Shown here: in pieces, positions 45,672 through 54,495 of the stretch
How positions within the stretch are numbered: the stretch's first letter is position 1
Layout: every line of letters begins with the position of its first letter
Virus record (IMG/VR): IMGVR_UViG_3300032562_000003
Coordinates: 186,001 to 250,000 of that record
Length of the DNA: 64,000 bases
Strand: one strand, 5' to 3'
Notes under the pieces: model-generated
What the model was told of the DNA's origin: nothing
Database searches by the model: none
Seen by the model: the letters and a program-made list of their open reading frames with translations, nothing else
Position numbers and translations under genes: made by a program

Positions 45672-46697
45672 TTGAAAACAGCAACAATAGAAATTAAGGA
45701 CGAAGTAAACGTTAAAATTTTAGGACTTGAGTTAGATGTAAGGCGCGCTCTCATGAAAAAATTTGAGTACGAGAAGCCCGGTGCCAGATATCAACCAGCA
45801 GTTCGATTGGGTAGATGGAATGGTAAGATCAGCTATTTTTCTTTAGCAGGGAGTACCTATCTAAATCTACTGGATGAAATCATTCCGATACTAATCGATT
45901 ACGGCTATGACATAGTACTAGACGACAAGAGAAAAAATCACTTAGACCTAAAGTTTGACCTGATAAACGAGAATACTTTTGCTAACATATGCTGGCCCGC
46001 CGGACATGAACGTGAAGGTCAACCTATAATTCTGCGTGATTATCAAGTGGAAATCGTCAATAACTTTTTAGCCAATCCACAGTCACTTCAAGAAATAGCA
46101 ACAGGCGCTGGCAAGACATTAATGACAGCCGCATTGTCTAAAAGTATTGAGCCATATGGTCGATCTATCGTAGTTGTTCCCAACAAGTCGTTGGTAGTAC
46201 AAACCGAAGCAGATTACAAAAATCTTCAACTTGAGGTAGGCGTGTACTTTGGTGATCGAAAGGATTACGGTAAAACACATACCATCTGTACATGGCAATC
46301 ACTGAACAATTTGCTCAAGGTTAAAGCTGAACAAGATCCTAACAAGGATCCTGATATGGAAGACTTTTTCTTTGATGATGTTGTTTGTGTCATGGTTGAT
46401 GAATGTTTTCACGGAGAATCAGTGGTGCTAACCCCGGTTGGATATGTACCCATCAAGGACATTAAAGCCGGAGATAAAGTAATCAATTATTGTGAACAGT
46501 CCGGAACCTTCAAGGAAGATACAGTGGTAAAACAACAGCACAATCTTACTGTGTCGTCCACTGAAAAAATGTATGAGATGGAATTTGATAACGGACGTGT
46601 AATTAGGGTTACTGGAAATCATCAATTTCTAACAAATCTAGGCTGGTGCCGGGCTGACGAACTTACTGAAAATCACGAAATAGTAAATAAAACATAA
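45672..46697 (+). CDS. uvsW: UvsW-like SF2 helicase N-extein (244 aa) fused to split-intein N-half (46404-46694, 97 aa)
   Basis: LRDYQ, ATGAGKT, VMVDE|CFHGES (block A Cys1), TGNHQF (block B); TTG start. Confidence 0.92.
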   Translation: MKTATIEIKDEVNVKILGLELDVRRALMKKFEYEKPGARYQPAVRLGRWNGKISYFSLAGSTYLNLLDEIIPILIDYGYDIVLDDKRKNHLDLKFDLINENTFANICWPAGHEREGQPIILRDYQVEIVNNFLANPQSLQEIATGAGKTLMTAALSKSIEPYGRSIVVVPNKSLVVQTEADYKNLQLEVGVYFGDRKDYGKTHTICTWQSLNNLLKVKAEQDPNKDPDMEDFFFDDVVCVMVDECFHGESVVLTPVGYVPIKDIKAGDKVINYCEQSGTFKEDTVVKQQHNLTVSSTEKMYEMEFDNGRVIRVTGNHQFLTNLGWCRADELTENHEIVNKT

Positions 46698-46703
46698 ATA
46701 CAT

Positions 46704-47645
46704 ATGGCTAAGGCAGGAGTATTCATGAAAATTACATATGAACAATGGAAAGATCGGTTAAACAAGCGACTAGCAGAACATAACCAACAGGTAAGGGTCG
46801 TTACTTTTGGAAAATCAACACTAGAATTATCAACCGGCGAGATATTAATACAGCCCGAGTTTAATAATTTTAAAAAGAGGGTAATGAATTCCAAGACTGA
46901 TCTTTGGGTGAAGAATATGGATTTGCTTCTATCCGGATTAATATCTGATCGGGAAGTCAAGGCTAAGCTTGCTGCAATTGGTGGCGAAGCCGTTCATAAA
47001 TTACATCCTGAACTTAGTAGTCGCAATTTAAATACAGGTGTGCCGTGGAATAAAGGGAAAACAGGACTACAAACTTCTTGGGCGAAGGGTTTGACTAAAC
47101 AAACCGACAGTCGGGTTGCTGCTAGAGTAAATAGCGGGGAAGCAAACGGTATGTATGGTGTAAAAATGTCTGACCAGGATAAAAAATTCCGATCGGATAT
47201 AATGAAGGATAAAATTTTATATGGAGACTTTACCCCAAATTCCAACAATAGAAACACGCACTGGGAAGCAACGTTTAACAGAAAGAAATATAGATCGAGT
47301 TGGGAAGCGTTGTTTCAGTATATGTATCAGGATGCAGCGTATGAAACATTGAGATTAGAATACATTATCAACGGTAATCGAAAAATATACATAGTTGATT
47401 TTGTTGATTATAAAACCAAACAGGTAGTAGAAGTGAAGCCGACGGAGTTATGCCGAGGTAAGATATTTGACGCAAAAATGGTTGCCCTTAAAGAGTGGGC
47501 AGATCAAAATGGGTTTAGTGTCATTGTCGCAACACGGGAATGGCTATTGAATAATAGCTGCCCTTCCGACCTCTCTGGATTTGATGAAAAAACCGCAACA
47601 AAGATAAGGAAGTTATATGAAGCTAATAAGAAAAACCGAAATTGA
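46704..47645 (+). CDS. free-standing homing endonuclease (PD-(D/E)XK/TnsA-like, NUMOD3-like repeats) between intein halves
   Basis: PWNKGK, GEANGMYG, YRSSWE, YIVDF...VEVKP; TAAATA immediately upstream. Confidence 0.75.
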   Translation: MAKAGVFMKITYEQWKDRLNKRLAEHNQQVRVVTFGKSTLELSTGEILIQPEFNNFKKRVMNSKTDLWVKNMDLLLSGLISDREVKAKLAAIGGEAVHKLHPELSSRNLNTGVPWNKGKTGLQTSWAKGLTKQTDSRVAARVNSGEANGMYGVKMSDQDKKFRSDIMKDKILYGDFTPNSNNRNTHWEATFNRKKYRSSWEALFQYMYQDAAYETLRLEYIINGNRKIYIVDFVDYKTKQVVEVKPTELCRGKIFDAKMVALKEWADQNGFSVIVATREWLLNNSCPSDLSGFDEKTATKIRKLYEANKKNRN

Positions 47646-48453
47646 TAAACCTGACGAAGTGTTCAATCTCCACATTGAAAATGATCATAATTACATAGTT
47701 GACGGTGCAGTAGTATCCAACTGTCACATGGCAAAAGCTGATGTTCTCAAGCAAATGCTTACTGGGGTATTCGCTGATGTTCCTATTCGCTGGGGATTAA
47801 CCGGTACCATACCTAAAGCCGAAATGGATCGCGCTTCGATTCTAGTATCTCTTGGGCCAGTCATCGGGAAGTTAGCAGCAAGTGAGCTACAAGATCGAGG
47901 TGTTCTTGCAAGTTGTCACGTTAACATAGTGCAGCTTAAAGATACTTCGGAGTTTACAAACTATCAAAGCGAGTTAAAGTTTCTACTAGAGGACGGCCAT
48001 CGTTTAGACAAAATCGCTGATCTTGTACGAGCCGTCAATAAAACAGGCAACACATTGGTTTTGGTTGATAGAGTAAATGCAGGTAAAGAACTAGTCAGCA
48101 GACTACAAAATTCAGTGTTTGTTAATGGTGGAACAAAACTAACAGAACGCAAAGAAGAATACGATGAGGTTGCGATCAGTGATGATAAGATAATTGTAGC
48201 TACATATGGTGTTGCGGCTGTGGGCATCAACATTCCTCGAATCTTTAATTTGGTTCTCATCGAACCAGGCAAATCATTTGTACGAGTTATACAGAGCATT
48301 GGTCGTGGCATAAGAAAAGCAGAAGACAAAGACCACGTGCAGATTTGGGACGTTACTAGTACGTGTAAGTTTGCAAAGAGGCATTTAACCCAGCGTAAGG
48401 CTTTTTATAAAGAGGCTAAATATCCCTTTACTATAGAGAAACTGGATTACTAA
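47617..48453 (+). CDS. uvsW: split-intein C-half (47617-47721, 35 aa) fused to UvsW C-extein (243 aa)
   Basis: MKLIRK...VFNLHIENDHNYIVDGAVVSN|CHMAK; helicase motifs GLTGT, VGINIP, QSIGRGIR; TAAGGA SD. Confidence 0.92.
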   Translation: MKLIRKTEIDKPDEVFNLHIENDHNYIVDGAVVSNCHMAKADVLKQMLTGVFADVPIRWGLTGTIPKAEMDRASILVSLGPVIGKLAASELQDRGVLASCHVNIVQLKDTSEFTNYQSELKFLLEDGHRLDKIADLVRAVNKTGNTLVLVDRVNAGKELVSRLQNSVFVNGGTKLTERKEEYDEVAISDDKIIVATYGVAAVGINIPRIFNLVLIEPGKSFVRVIQSIGRGIRKAEDKDHVQIWDVTSTCKFAKRHLTQRKAFYKEAKYPFTIEKLDY

Positions 48454-48457
48454 AATG

Positions 48458-48486
48458 TTGACTTTTACACACATTGTTGCTAGAAT
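48458..48486 (+). promoter_or_regulatory. sigma70-type promoter
   Basis: TTGACT-17 nt-TAGAAT. Confidence 0.6.
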
Positions 48487-48492
48487 AACACT

Positions 48493-48996
48493 ATGAGAAT
48501 TTTATCACTGGACACCAACGAGGCATATAATCTAGAACATCTACCGGAAGAAATTGATGATTTGCGATTTGCAATATTAGACAACTCTACTCCCACAAAC
48601 GTAGACTATCATTTTATTCCTCTTATTTTTCTAGAATCATTTAATTCACCGGCACTGGTTTTAAAAATTGGTGAGAGAACAATCAAGATGCCGGTCGACT
48701 GGCAAGTCTTGATAGGTGAACAAGAACACGGTGACCTAGAGACTCTACCCTTATCAAGCTTGAATGATCGTGGATTTCATGCATTTCAATTTAATCCGTT
48801 GACTTCTCATTCCCCGACATTTTTACCAATTGAAATTGTTGATATCTATACAGACGTGACATGGTATGCACCGAGATTACGTAATGGACAATTTTTAGCA
48901 GTACCAATCGATGATGGACCTAAACCAAGGTGTGTTTACTTTGTCAAGGAAATCAGCAGGAACTGTGAGACTGTAGACTATAGCCAAGCATTTTAA
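48493..48996 (+). CDS. conserved hypothetical protein
   Basis: 167-aa ORF. Confidence 0.75.
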   Translation: MRILSLDTNEAYNLEHLPEEIDDLRFAILDNSTPTNVDYHFIPLIFLESFNSPALVLKIGERTIKMPVDWQVLIGEQEHGDLETLPLSSLNDRGFHAFQFNPLTSHSPTFLPIEIVDIYTDVTWYAPRLRNGQFLAVPIDDGPKPRCVYFVKEISRNCETVDYSQAF

Positions 48997-49005
48997 GGAG
49001 AGAAA

Positions 49006-49152
49006 ATGATTAAGACAGACGAACTTGAAAAGTTTCAGGACAACAACAAGGATTTCGATATCGTAGGTGTTATTAGAACACTTTATCCGAAGATAGAAAT
49101 AAAGGTCTTGCTAGACTTAACTGCAAAGGATGATACGTATGAAGTGGTTTGA
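49006..49152 (+). CDS. 48-aa hypothetical protein (below ORF-track cutoff)
   Basis: AAGGAG SD then ATG 49006: MIKTDELEK...DLTAKDDTYEVV. Confidence 0.6.
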   Translation: MIKTDELEKFQDNNKDFDIVGVIRTLYPKIEIKVLLDLTAKDDTYEVV

Positions 49153-49456
49153 TCGATGGTTTGCTAAAATGTGTCGCCGGGTCTGGGACGAGCCACAAGA
49201 TGAATTTATATCTTCTCCCAAAGCACGGTTAGTTTCTAACAGTAGACGTACTCCGGGACGTACTCCGGAAGGAAATTGCATCAATTTCACTGTCTTTAAG
49301 GCTGACGGAGGATTCATTGTACAATACATGTCAGACGCATCATACGCTAATGTCACGTCTGCAAATCATATGCCCAAACTAACTATAGTCCCGCATGGAA
49401 CAGATTTGGGTCAGACTGTTGCACATATCATAACTCTGGAAGCGCTAAAGAACTAA
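49139..49456 (+). CDS. hypothetical protein
   Basis: MKWFDRWF...; start moved to ATG 49139. Confidence 0.65.
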   Translation: MKWFDRWFAKMCRRVWDEPQDEFISSPKARLVSNSRRTPGRTPEGNCINFTVFKADGGFIVQYMSDASYANVTSANHMPKLTIVPHGTDLGQTVAHIITLEALKN

Positions 49457-50043
49457 TGGCAAAGGAGCAGGTTCCCGTAGACGAAACGTTGCCCGATCAG
49501 GACCTAGTTCTATTTGACGTTTTGGCTGCTATAGACAGAAAAGACTATGGGTACTATGATAGATTAACAGCCGCACAACAAAAGAAAATTGTTCCATTTG
49601 TTTTAATGCATTGGGTCAGTGCAGTAAAAGCTAACAGAGATATCCAGCGCTATTACGTTCAAAGTACCGACTATCATGCCAATAAACATTTCTTTAACGA
49701 GAATGTACAAGAGCATCCTAAATTGCTTTGGATGATGCTGTGTGCATCTAGTCCGGGTATAGGCAAACAATTCCATCAGTGGGTACCCCAAATCAAAGAA
49801 CGTGTAGTTAAATTACGCGAAAACGCAAAGCCTAAAGAAATTAAGGAATATTTCAAGAAGATTTATCCTAAATCAAGTGATGCAGACGTTGCCCTAATCA
49901 CTGAGGTTTACATTGAAAATCACAAGAAAAAGATGTATCTTGCTGATAAGTTCCCTACATTAAAGTACGACGAGATTGAGTTGTTAAGTGACCTTATTAC
50001 AGACGACGACATTGAACACTACGAAAAAGCCTGGGGAAACTAA
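49456..50043 (+). CDS. possible clamp-loader small subunit (gp62-like)
   Basis: LFDVLAAID.K, HPKLLW; weak recalled similarity. Confidence 0.4.
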   Translation: MAKEQVPVDETLPDQDLVLFDVLAAIDRKDYGYYDRLTAAQQKKIVPFVLMHWVSAVKANRDIQRYYVQSTDYHANKHFFNENVQEHPKLLWMMLCASSPGIGKQFHQWVPQIKERVVKLRENAKPKEIKEYFKKIYPKSSDADVALITEVYIENHKKKMYLADKFPTLKYDEIELLSDLITDDDIEHYEKAWGN

Positions 50044-50719
50044 ACCAGAATTTAGTTGTGAGTTTTGCAATCGTGGGTTTCAGAAAGAAACGACCATGAT
50101 GAATCACCTATGCGAAAATAAACGCAGATGGCAAGATAAGGACTTAGCTGGAAACAGAATTGGCTTTCATTCTTGGTTACGCTTCTACAAAAAGAACACG
50201 GCTTCCAAAAAGACAAAAACATATTTGGACTTTACAAAAAGTGCATATTACCTTGCTTTCGTTAAGTTCGGTCACTATTGCGTGAACGTTAACGTACTTA
50301 ATGTCAACGCTTATGCGGATTGGTTGCTAAAGAACGATGTTAAGATTGACAGTTGGTGCAGCGATACGAATTATACTAAATTCATCATTGATTATCTAAA
50401 AACCGAAGACCCCCTAGACGCGATTGCTCGCAGCATAGAAACCTGTATTGCTAAGGCCAACGAAGAAGGTATTCAAAGCAAAGACTATCTTCGCTACGGC
50501 AATCGTAACAAGCTATGTCACATTATAACTACGGGTAAAATCAGTCCATGGATGTTATATCAATGCCCTAGTGGCATCGATTTACTAGAAAGTTTTGACG
50601 AACTACAACAGAAGATGGTTCTAGATTACATTAATCCAGAACAATGGGCAATTAAATTTAGACGAAGCGCTGATAGAGTACCTCAAGTAAAATCTCTGTT
50701 AACTTCGGCCGGATTTTAA
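49988..50719 (+). CDS. C2H2-like zinc-finger hypothetical protein
   Basis: CEFCNRGF...HLC; start uncertain. Confidence 0.6.
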   Translation: MTLLQTTTLNTTKKPGETKPEFSCEFCNRGFQKETTMMNHLCENKRRWQDKDLAGNRIGFHSWLRFYKKNTASKKTKTYLDFTKSAYYLAFVKFGHYCVNVNVLNVNAYADWLLKNDVKIDSWCSDTNYTKFIIDYLKTEDPLDAIARSIETCIAKANEEGIQSKDYLRYGNRNKLCHIITTGKISPWMLYQCPSGIDLLESFDELQQKMVLDYINPEQWAIKFRRSADRVPQVKSLLTSAGF

Positions 50720-50997
50720 TGATGTACTATCAACAGGATATAAATCCGTTCAGTGAACCACCAAGTTTTGCGTATATATACGGTAAGACATATTACATAG
50801 TATATACATTTAATATTGCAGAATGTAAAGAATGGTGTACGCGAATGTTTGGAGAATCAGGTAATGATCAAACCATTTCAGCTAGATGGTATGATCCAGA
50901 ATTAGTAAGTGGCACTGGTGCTCGGTACAAGATACCCAATGCGTTCTACCTAAGAGATGAAAAAGACCTGTTATGGTTTAACATGAGATGGTCATGA
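50719..50997 (+). CDS. small F.L.W-motif family protein
   Basis: ends LRDEKDLLWFNMRWS. Confidence 0.65.
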   Translation: MMYYQQDINPFSEPPSFAYIYGKTYYIVYTFNIAECKEWCTRMFGESGNDQTISARWYDPELVSGTGARYKIPNAFYLRDEKDLLWFNMRWS

Positions 50998-51188
50998 CGG
51001 AGATAACTGTTGTAAAGTTAAATACCGAAAATACCGATAATCTGCGAGAAGTAGAAAATTGGGCAATTAGCAATTGTCCTACATTTTTAGGATTGGAACT
51101 GGATTGCGGGTTATATGGTTTTACCTACACTGAGTTTTATTTTGAAACCGACAAAGATGCGGTTATGTTTTCATTGAGGTGGTTATGA
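50988..51188 (+). CDS. small F.L.W-motif family protein
   Basis: ends FETDKDAVMFSLRWL. Confidence 0.65.
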   Translation: MVMTEITVVKLNTENTDNLREVENWAISNCPTFLGLELDCGLYGFTYTEFYFETDKDAVMFSLRWL

Positions 51189-51400
51189 ACACTGCTGATC
51201 TTGAGCGCCGCCTATTTGATATGTACGCCTTTGCTGAATATACTCCTGCTTTGATAGAACAAATAAAAGATGAGATAATGCAAATTTATCCGGAACTAGA
51301 TGATGTTATCATAACAGTTGACTCAGATTACAATATGAGTGTCCGACTGGTAATACACGATGAAGCTATTTTAGCTTGGTTTATGCTTAAGTATCAATGA
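51179..51400 (+). CDS. small F.L.W-motif family protein
   Basis: ends IHDEAILAWFMLKYQ. Confidence 0.6.
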   Translation: MVMNTADLERRLFDMYAFAEYTPALIEQIKDEIMQIYPELDDVIITVDSDYNMSVRLVIHDEAILAWFMLKYQ

Positions 51401-51699
51401 TTTATAGAGAACATTATAATCAGCAGGTTAGAGTAGTAGATTATGATTCATCTATTAAAGAACAAATGAATTGGCAAGAAACCAAACCGGGTTGGTATGA
51501 GGCAGTAGTCATACATAACGGAACAACCTATCAAGCACAGCATCGAAAGCACGACGAAGTAGTACAATGGTTATATGATAACATAGACATGTGCGAGCGG
51601 CATTGCAGATGGGCTGTGGATCCTAGTAACAATCCTAATGCTACTAGAGTTAAGTTTAGATATGAGAAAGATTATATGTGGTTTAAGTTGCGATGGTAG
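51397..51699 (+). CDS. small F.L.W-motif family protein
   Basis: ends FRYEKDYMWFKLRW. Confidence 0.65.
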   Translation: MIYREHYNQQVRVVDYDSSIKEQMNWQETKPGWYEAVVIHNGTTYQAQHRKHDEVVQWLYDNIDMCERHCRWAVDPSNNPNATRVKFRYEKDYMWFKLRW

Positions 51700-51905
51700 A
51701 ACAACGAAAAATACGGAAAAAGATATGGTTATACGGTGAATGGCATGATATGACATTCATTCTGTTGCCACAAACTAAGGAATTAGAAGACTGGTGCAAC
51801 CAGTATTATCGAACCAAACGAGAATACTTAGGTGCATGGTTTAAAACACATTCACATATTGTCATGGACGAGAAAACTTATGTCCATTGGAAGCTATGTG
51901 AATAG
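51693..51905 (+). CDS. small F.L.W-motif family protein
   Basis: ends MDEKTYVHWKLCE. Confidence 0.6.
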   Translation: MVEQRKIRKKIWLYGEWHDMTFILLPQTKELEDWCNQYYRTKREYLGAWFKTHSHIVMDEKTYVHWKLCE

Positions 51906-51968
51906 TTATCCGAATTACTTGAATCACACCATAATGTAAAGTATGTTTAAATTTGAAAGGTACTAACT

Positions 51969-52517
51969 ATGGCACATATTATGCTTGACATGGAGACGCT
52001 GGACACAGCGCCAACCACTGTCATTCTAACTATCGGACTCGTTAAGTTTGATCCGCGCGGGTCAGGCGTAATCGAGAAACTAGAACTTCGTCCAACCATT
52101 GACGAACAAACAGATACTTTTGGTCGAAGCATCAGTGACGACACCCTTCGTTGGTGGAGTACTCAGAGCGCAGAAGCGATCAACGAATCTATGGGAGACC
52201 AGGACAGAATCTCTTACAAAGAATGTATGGAAAAGCTGTACAAGTTTTGTTGGAATCAACAGGCTATCTGGTCCAACGGCGCAGGGTTCGATGTGGTGGT
52301 AGCAGAGAATGCATTCCGTGAATTAGACATGCGTATTCCCTGGCCCTTTTGGACTATTCGTGACTGTCGTACAATCTACGATCTTGCAGGTGTGTCGTTG
52401 AAAGATGACGGGCACGTCACTACTCACAAAGCAGTAGAAGATGCCGAACGCCAGGCTATCGTGGTTCAACGTGCTTACCAAAAGTTAATTAAGGCTGGCT
52501 TTACTCATATCAAATGA
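51969..52517 (+). CDS. DEDDh 3'-5' exonuclease (RNase T/Rv2179c-like)
   Basis: MLDMETL, WSNGAGFD, RDCRT, HKAVEDA. Confidence 0.88.
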   Translation: MAHIMLDMETLDTAPTTVILTIGLVKFDPRGSGVIEKLELRPTIDEQTDTFGRSISDDTLRWWSTQSAEAINESMGDQDRISYKECMEKLYKFCWNQQAIWSNGAGFDVVVAENAFRELDMRIPWPFWTIRDCRTIYDLAGVSLKDDGHVTTHKAVEDAERQAIVVQRAYQKLIKAGFTHIK

Positions 52518-53095
52518 GAATAGATTCAGACATTGACATTGATTTGGGAAATCGTGACGCAGTGTTGTCACTGATTAAGCATGTCCATGCTGCAATGCGA
52601 AAAGTCAATCCTATCAGAAAGCACCCGTCTGGTATATATCCCACAGATATTCCTTATGATCCCGTGTATGACATGGCTGCAATCGATTATGCAGAAGCAG
52701 AAGCCCGTGGCTATTTTAAGATTGATTTACTGAATGTTTACGTATATAATATGGTCAAAGATGAAGAACATCTAATTAGGTTAATGCAAGAACCGGATTG
52801 GTCAATGCTCAATGATAAAAATATCGTTGAGCAACTGATTCACTTGAATAGCCAATTTGAAGCAGTTAGACGAATGCCGGAGCCTATAAACTCTATTCCT
52901 AGGCTGGCCATGTTTCTTGCAGCAATTAGACCTGCGAAGCGACACTTGCTTAATAAGACCTGGAAAGAAATAAACGAGACTGTTTGGGAAAAGGATCAGA
53001 CTGGTTATGCTTATAAACGTAGCCACGCGATTAGTTACAGTCACTTAGTGGTGGTACACATGAATTTACTAAAAGAAAACAGTGAGAAAGTTTAA
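52514..53095 (+). CDS. minimal DNA polymerase III alpha (DnaE)-like protein
   Basis: DIDID, KHPSG, GYFKIDLL, AAIRP, YAYKRSHAISY in 193 aa. Confidence 0.75.
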   Translation: MRIDSDIDIDLGNRDAVLSLIKHVHAAMRKVNPIRKHPSGIYPTDIPYDPVYDMAAIDYAEAEARGYFKIDLLNVYVYNMVKDEEHLIRLMQEPDWSMLNDKNIVEQLIHLNSQFEAVRRMPEPINSIPRLAMFLAAIRPAKRHLLNKTWKEINETVWEKDQTGYAYKRSHAISYSHLVVVHMNLLKENSEKV

Positions 53096-53124
53096 ATAAA
53101 TACTACATACAATGGAGTATTTAT
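53096..53124 (+). promoter_or_regulatory. hairpin pairing late promoter with SD of downstream endonuclease
   Basis: ATAAATACT (53096-104) / AGTATTTAT (53116-124); GGAG 53114-17; ATG 53125. Confidence 0.75.
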
Positions 53125-53814
53125 ATGGGAAGACCAAAAGGTTCAAAGAACAAGATTCAATCAGGTATTGCTTATCCTCGAAAATGCAATCATTGCGATT
53201 ATGTATCTAATAATCCACAGATGTGGCATTATCACGACAAGACACACCAAATGATACCTGATGGAACTAGGTGTCAGTTTGGCTGTGGGAATACCGCAAG
53301 ATTTAGGAATACCAAAGGAACTTATTCCTGCTCTAAAATATCACAACACTGTCCGGGTTATTTAGAGAAACATTCCGAAAGAATTAAAGAACACTGGCAA
53401 AGACCGGAAGCAGTAGCTAGAAAAGAAGAAACTGCAAGGTCACTACGAAAACGTTTACACAATAATGAAAATTATGAAAAGGTGTCTAATACTAGACGCA
53501 AAAAGTTTGGAACATACGATCCGGAACGAGCGGTAGATTATCGCCACTACGCCCGGCTTGTCCGGGCTCGGGCCCAAAAATGGGCTACTGAAAATGGGCA
53601 TGTTTTGGGAAAACAGACTTATCATGTTGATCATCGGTTTAGTGTATTAGACGCATGGAAGAACAACTTACCGGAGCATATAGTTAATCACCCTGCCAAT
53701 CTTCGCATACTTGAAGCAAGGGTAAACTCAAGTAAAGGGTCAAAAAGCGAGTTGACTCTTGACGAATTATATACTATGATCGAAGAACATGATACACGAA
53801 ATGATGACACCTAA
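53125..53814 (+). CDS. putative HNH-type homing endonuclease with Cys-rich N-terminus
   Basis: CNHC, CQFGCG, C-terminal HVDHRFS...HPANLRIL...NSSKG. Confidence 0.7.
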   Translation: MGRPKGSKNKIQSGIAYPRKCNHCDYVSNNPQMWHYHDKTHQMIPDGTRCQFGCGNTARFRNTKGTYSCSKISQHCPGYLEKHSERIKEHWQRPEAVARKEETARSLRKRLHNNENYEKVSNTRRKKFGTYDPERAVDYRHYARLVRARAQKWATENGHVLGKQTYHVDHRFSVLDAWKNNLPEHIVNHPANLRILEARVNSSKGSKSELTLDELYTMIEEHDTRNDDT

Positions 53815-53876
53815 GCAAGTGCTTTCTAGGAACAAAATTTTAGAAGTTGACGTTCAAGTTTCCATAATGGAACAAA

Positions 53877-54224
53877 ATGCGTAATCACATTCGAGAAATG
53901 TGTGAAAAGCATTTCAACGAACCAGTACTGGTAGACACTGAGGTTGTGCGGTTGATTGGATACGCCGAAGACAAACACGATGCCTATCTGATCATGAAAA
54001 AGGCAGACGGATCTGTCTACTGGCACAGTGCAGTAGGTGGATACATATTTCTTGATTGCCTAAAAAGTCAAGGATATGTCATCTCAACTGAGGGTGAACC
54101 GTGGGATGATTTTTACAGGTTGGACTGCCAGTTGGAGTTTAGCAGTTGTCCCAAAGAAAAAGAATTCTTAATAGACCTGAGACCAGAGCAAGGTTGGGAA
54201 TGGGAAACTGATGACAGTGAATGA
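53877..54224 (+). CDS. hypothetical protein
   Basis: 115-aa ORF. Confidence 0.65.
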   Translation: MRNHIREMCEKHFNEPVLVDTEVVRLIGYAEDKHDAYLIMKKADGSVYWHSAVGGYIFLDCLKSQGYVISTEGEPWDDFYRLDCQLEFSSCPKEKEFLIDLRPEQGWEWETDDSE

Positions 54225-54495
54225 AGAAATTCTAGTTATTACAGCAGAAGAATGTGCCGAGGTAACACAGATAGTAACTAAATCACTTCGATTTGGTTTG
54301 GACTCTAACTTTACTGGTCCGACTAATAGACAGCTACTGGCTAATGAGTTAGGTGATCTATTGTGCATGGTAGACTTATTGGTATCACGAGGAATTATCT
54401 CAGCAGACCAACTAGAGATATCAAAGGCAGCTAAGCTAGAACGTCTAAAAATCTGGTCTAACATTTTTGCAGGAAAAGGAGATGAAATTAATTAA
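54211..54495 (+). CDS. MazG-like NTP pyrophosphohydrolase
   Basis: EECAEV...ELGDLL. Confidence 0.75.
   Translation: MTVNEEILVITAEECAEVTQIVTKSLRFGLDSNFTGPTNRQLLANELGDLLCMVDLLVSRGIISADQLEISKAAKLERLKIWSNIFAGKGDEIN

Noticed and set aside
45672-48453. One contiguous endonuclease-containing intein broken by sequencing errors
   Set aside because: Needs both a false stop and a frameshift, each coinciding with a promoter or SD+ATG and with canonical split-intein boundaries; disfavoured, but read mapping is still needed
52514-53814. Mini-DnaE as half of a second split-intein gene around the 53125 endonuclease
   Set aside because: No intein N- or C-terminal motifs at either end, and no DnaE continuation after the endonuclease
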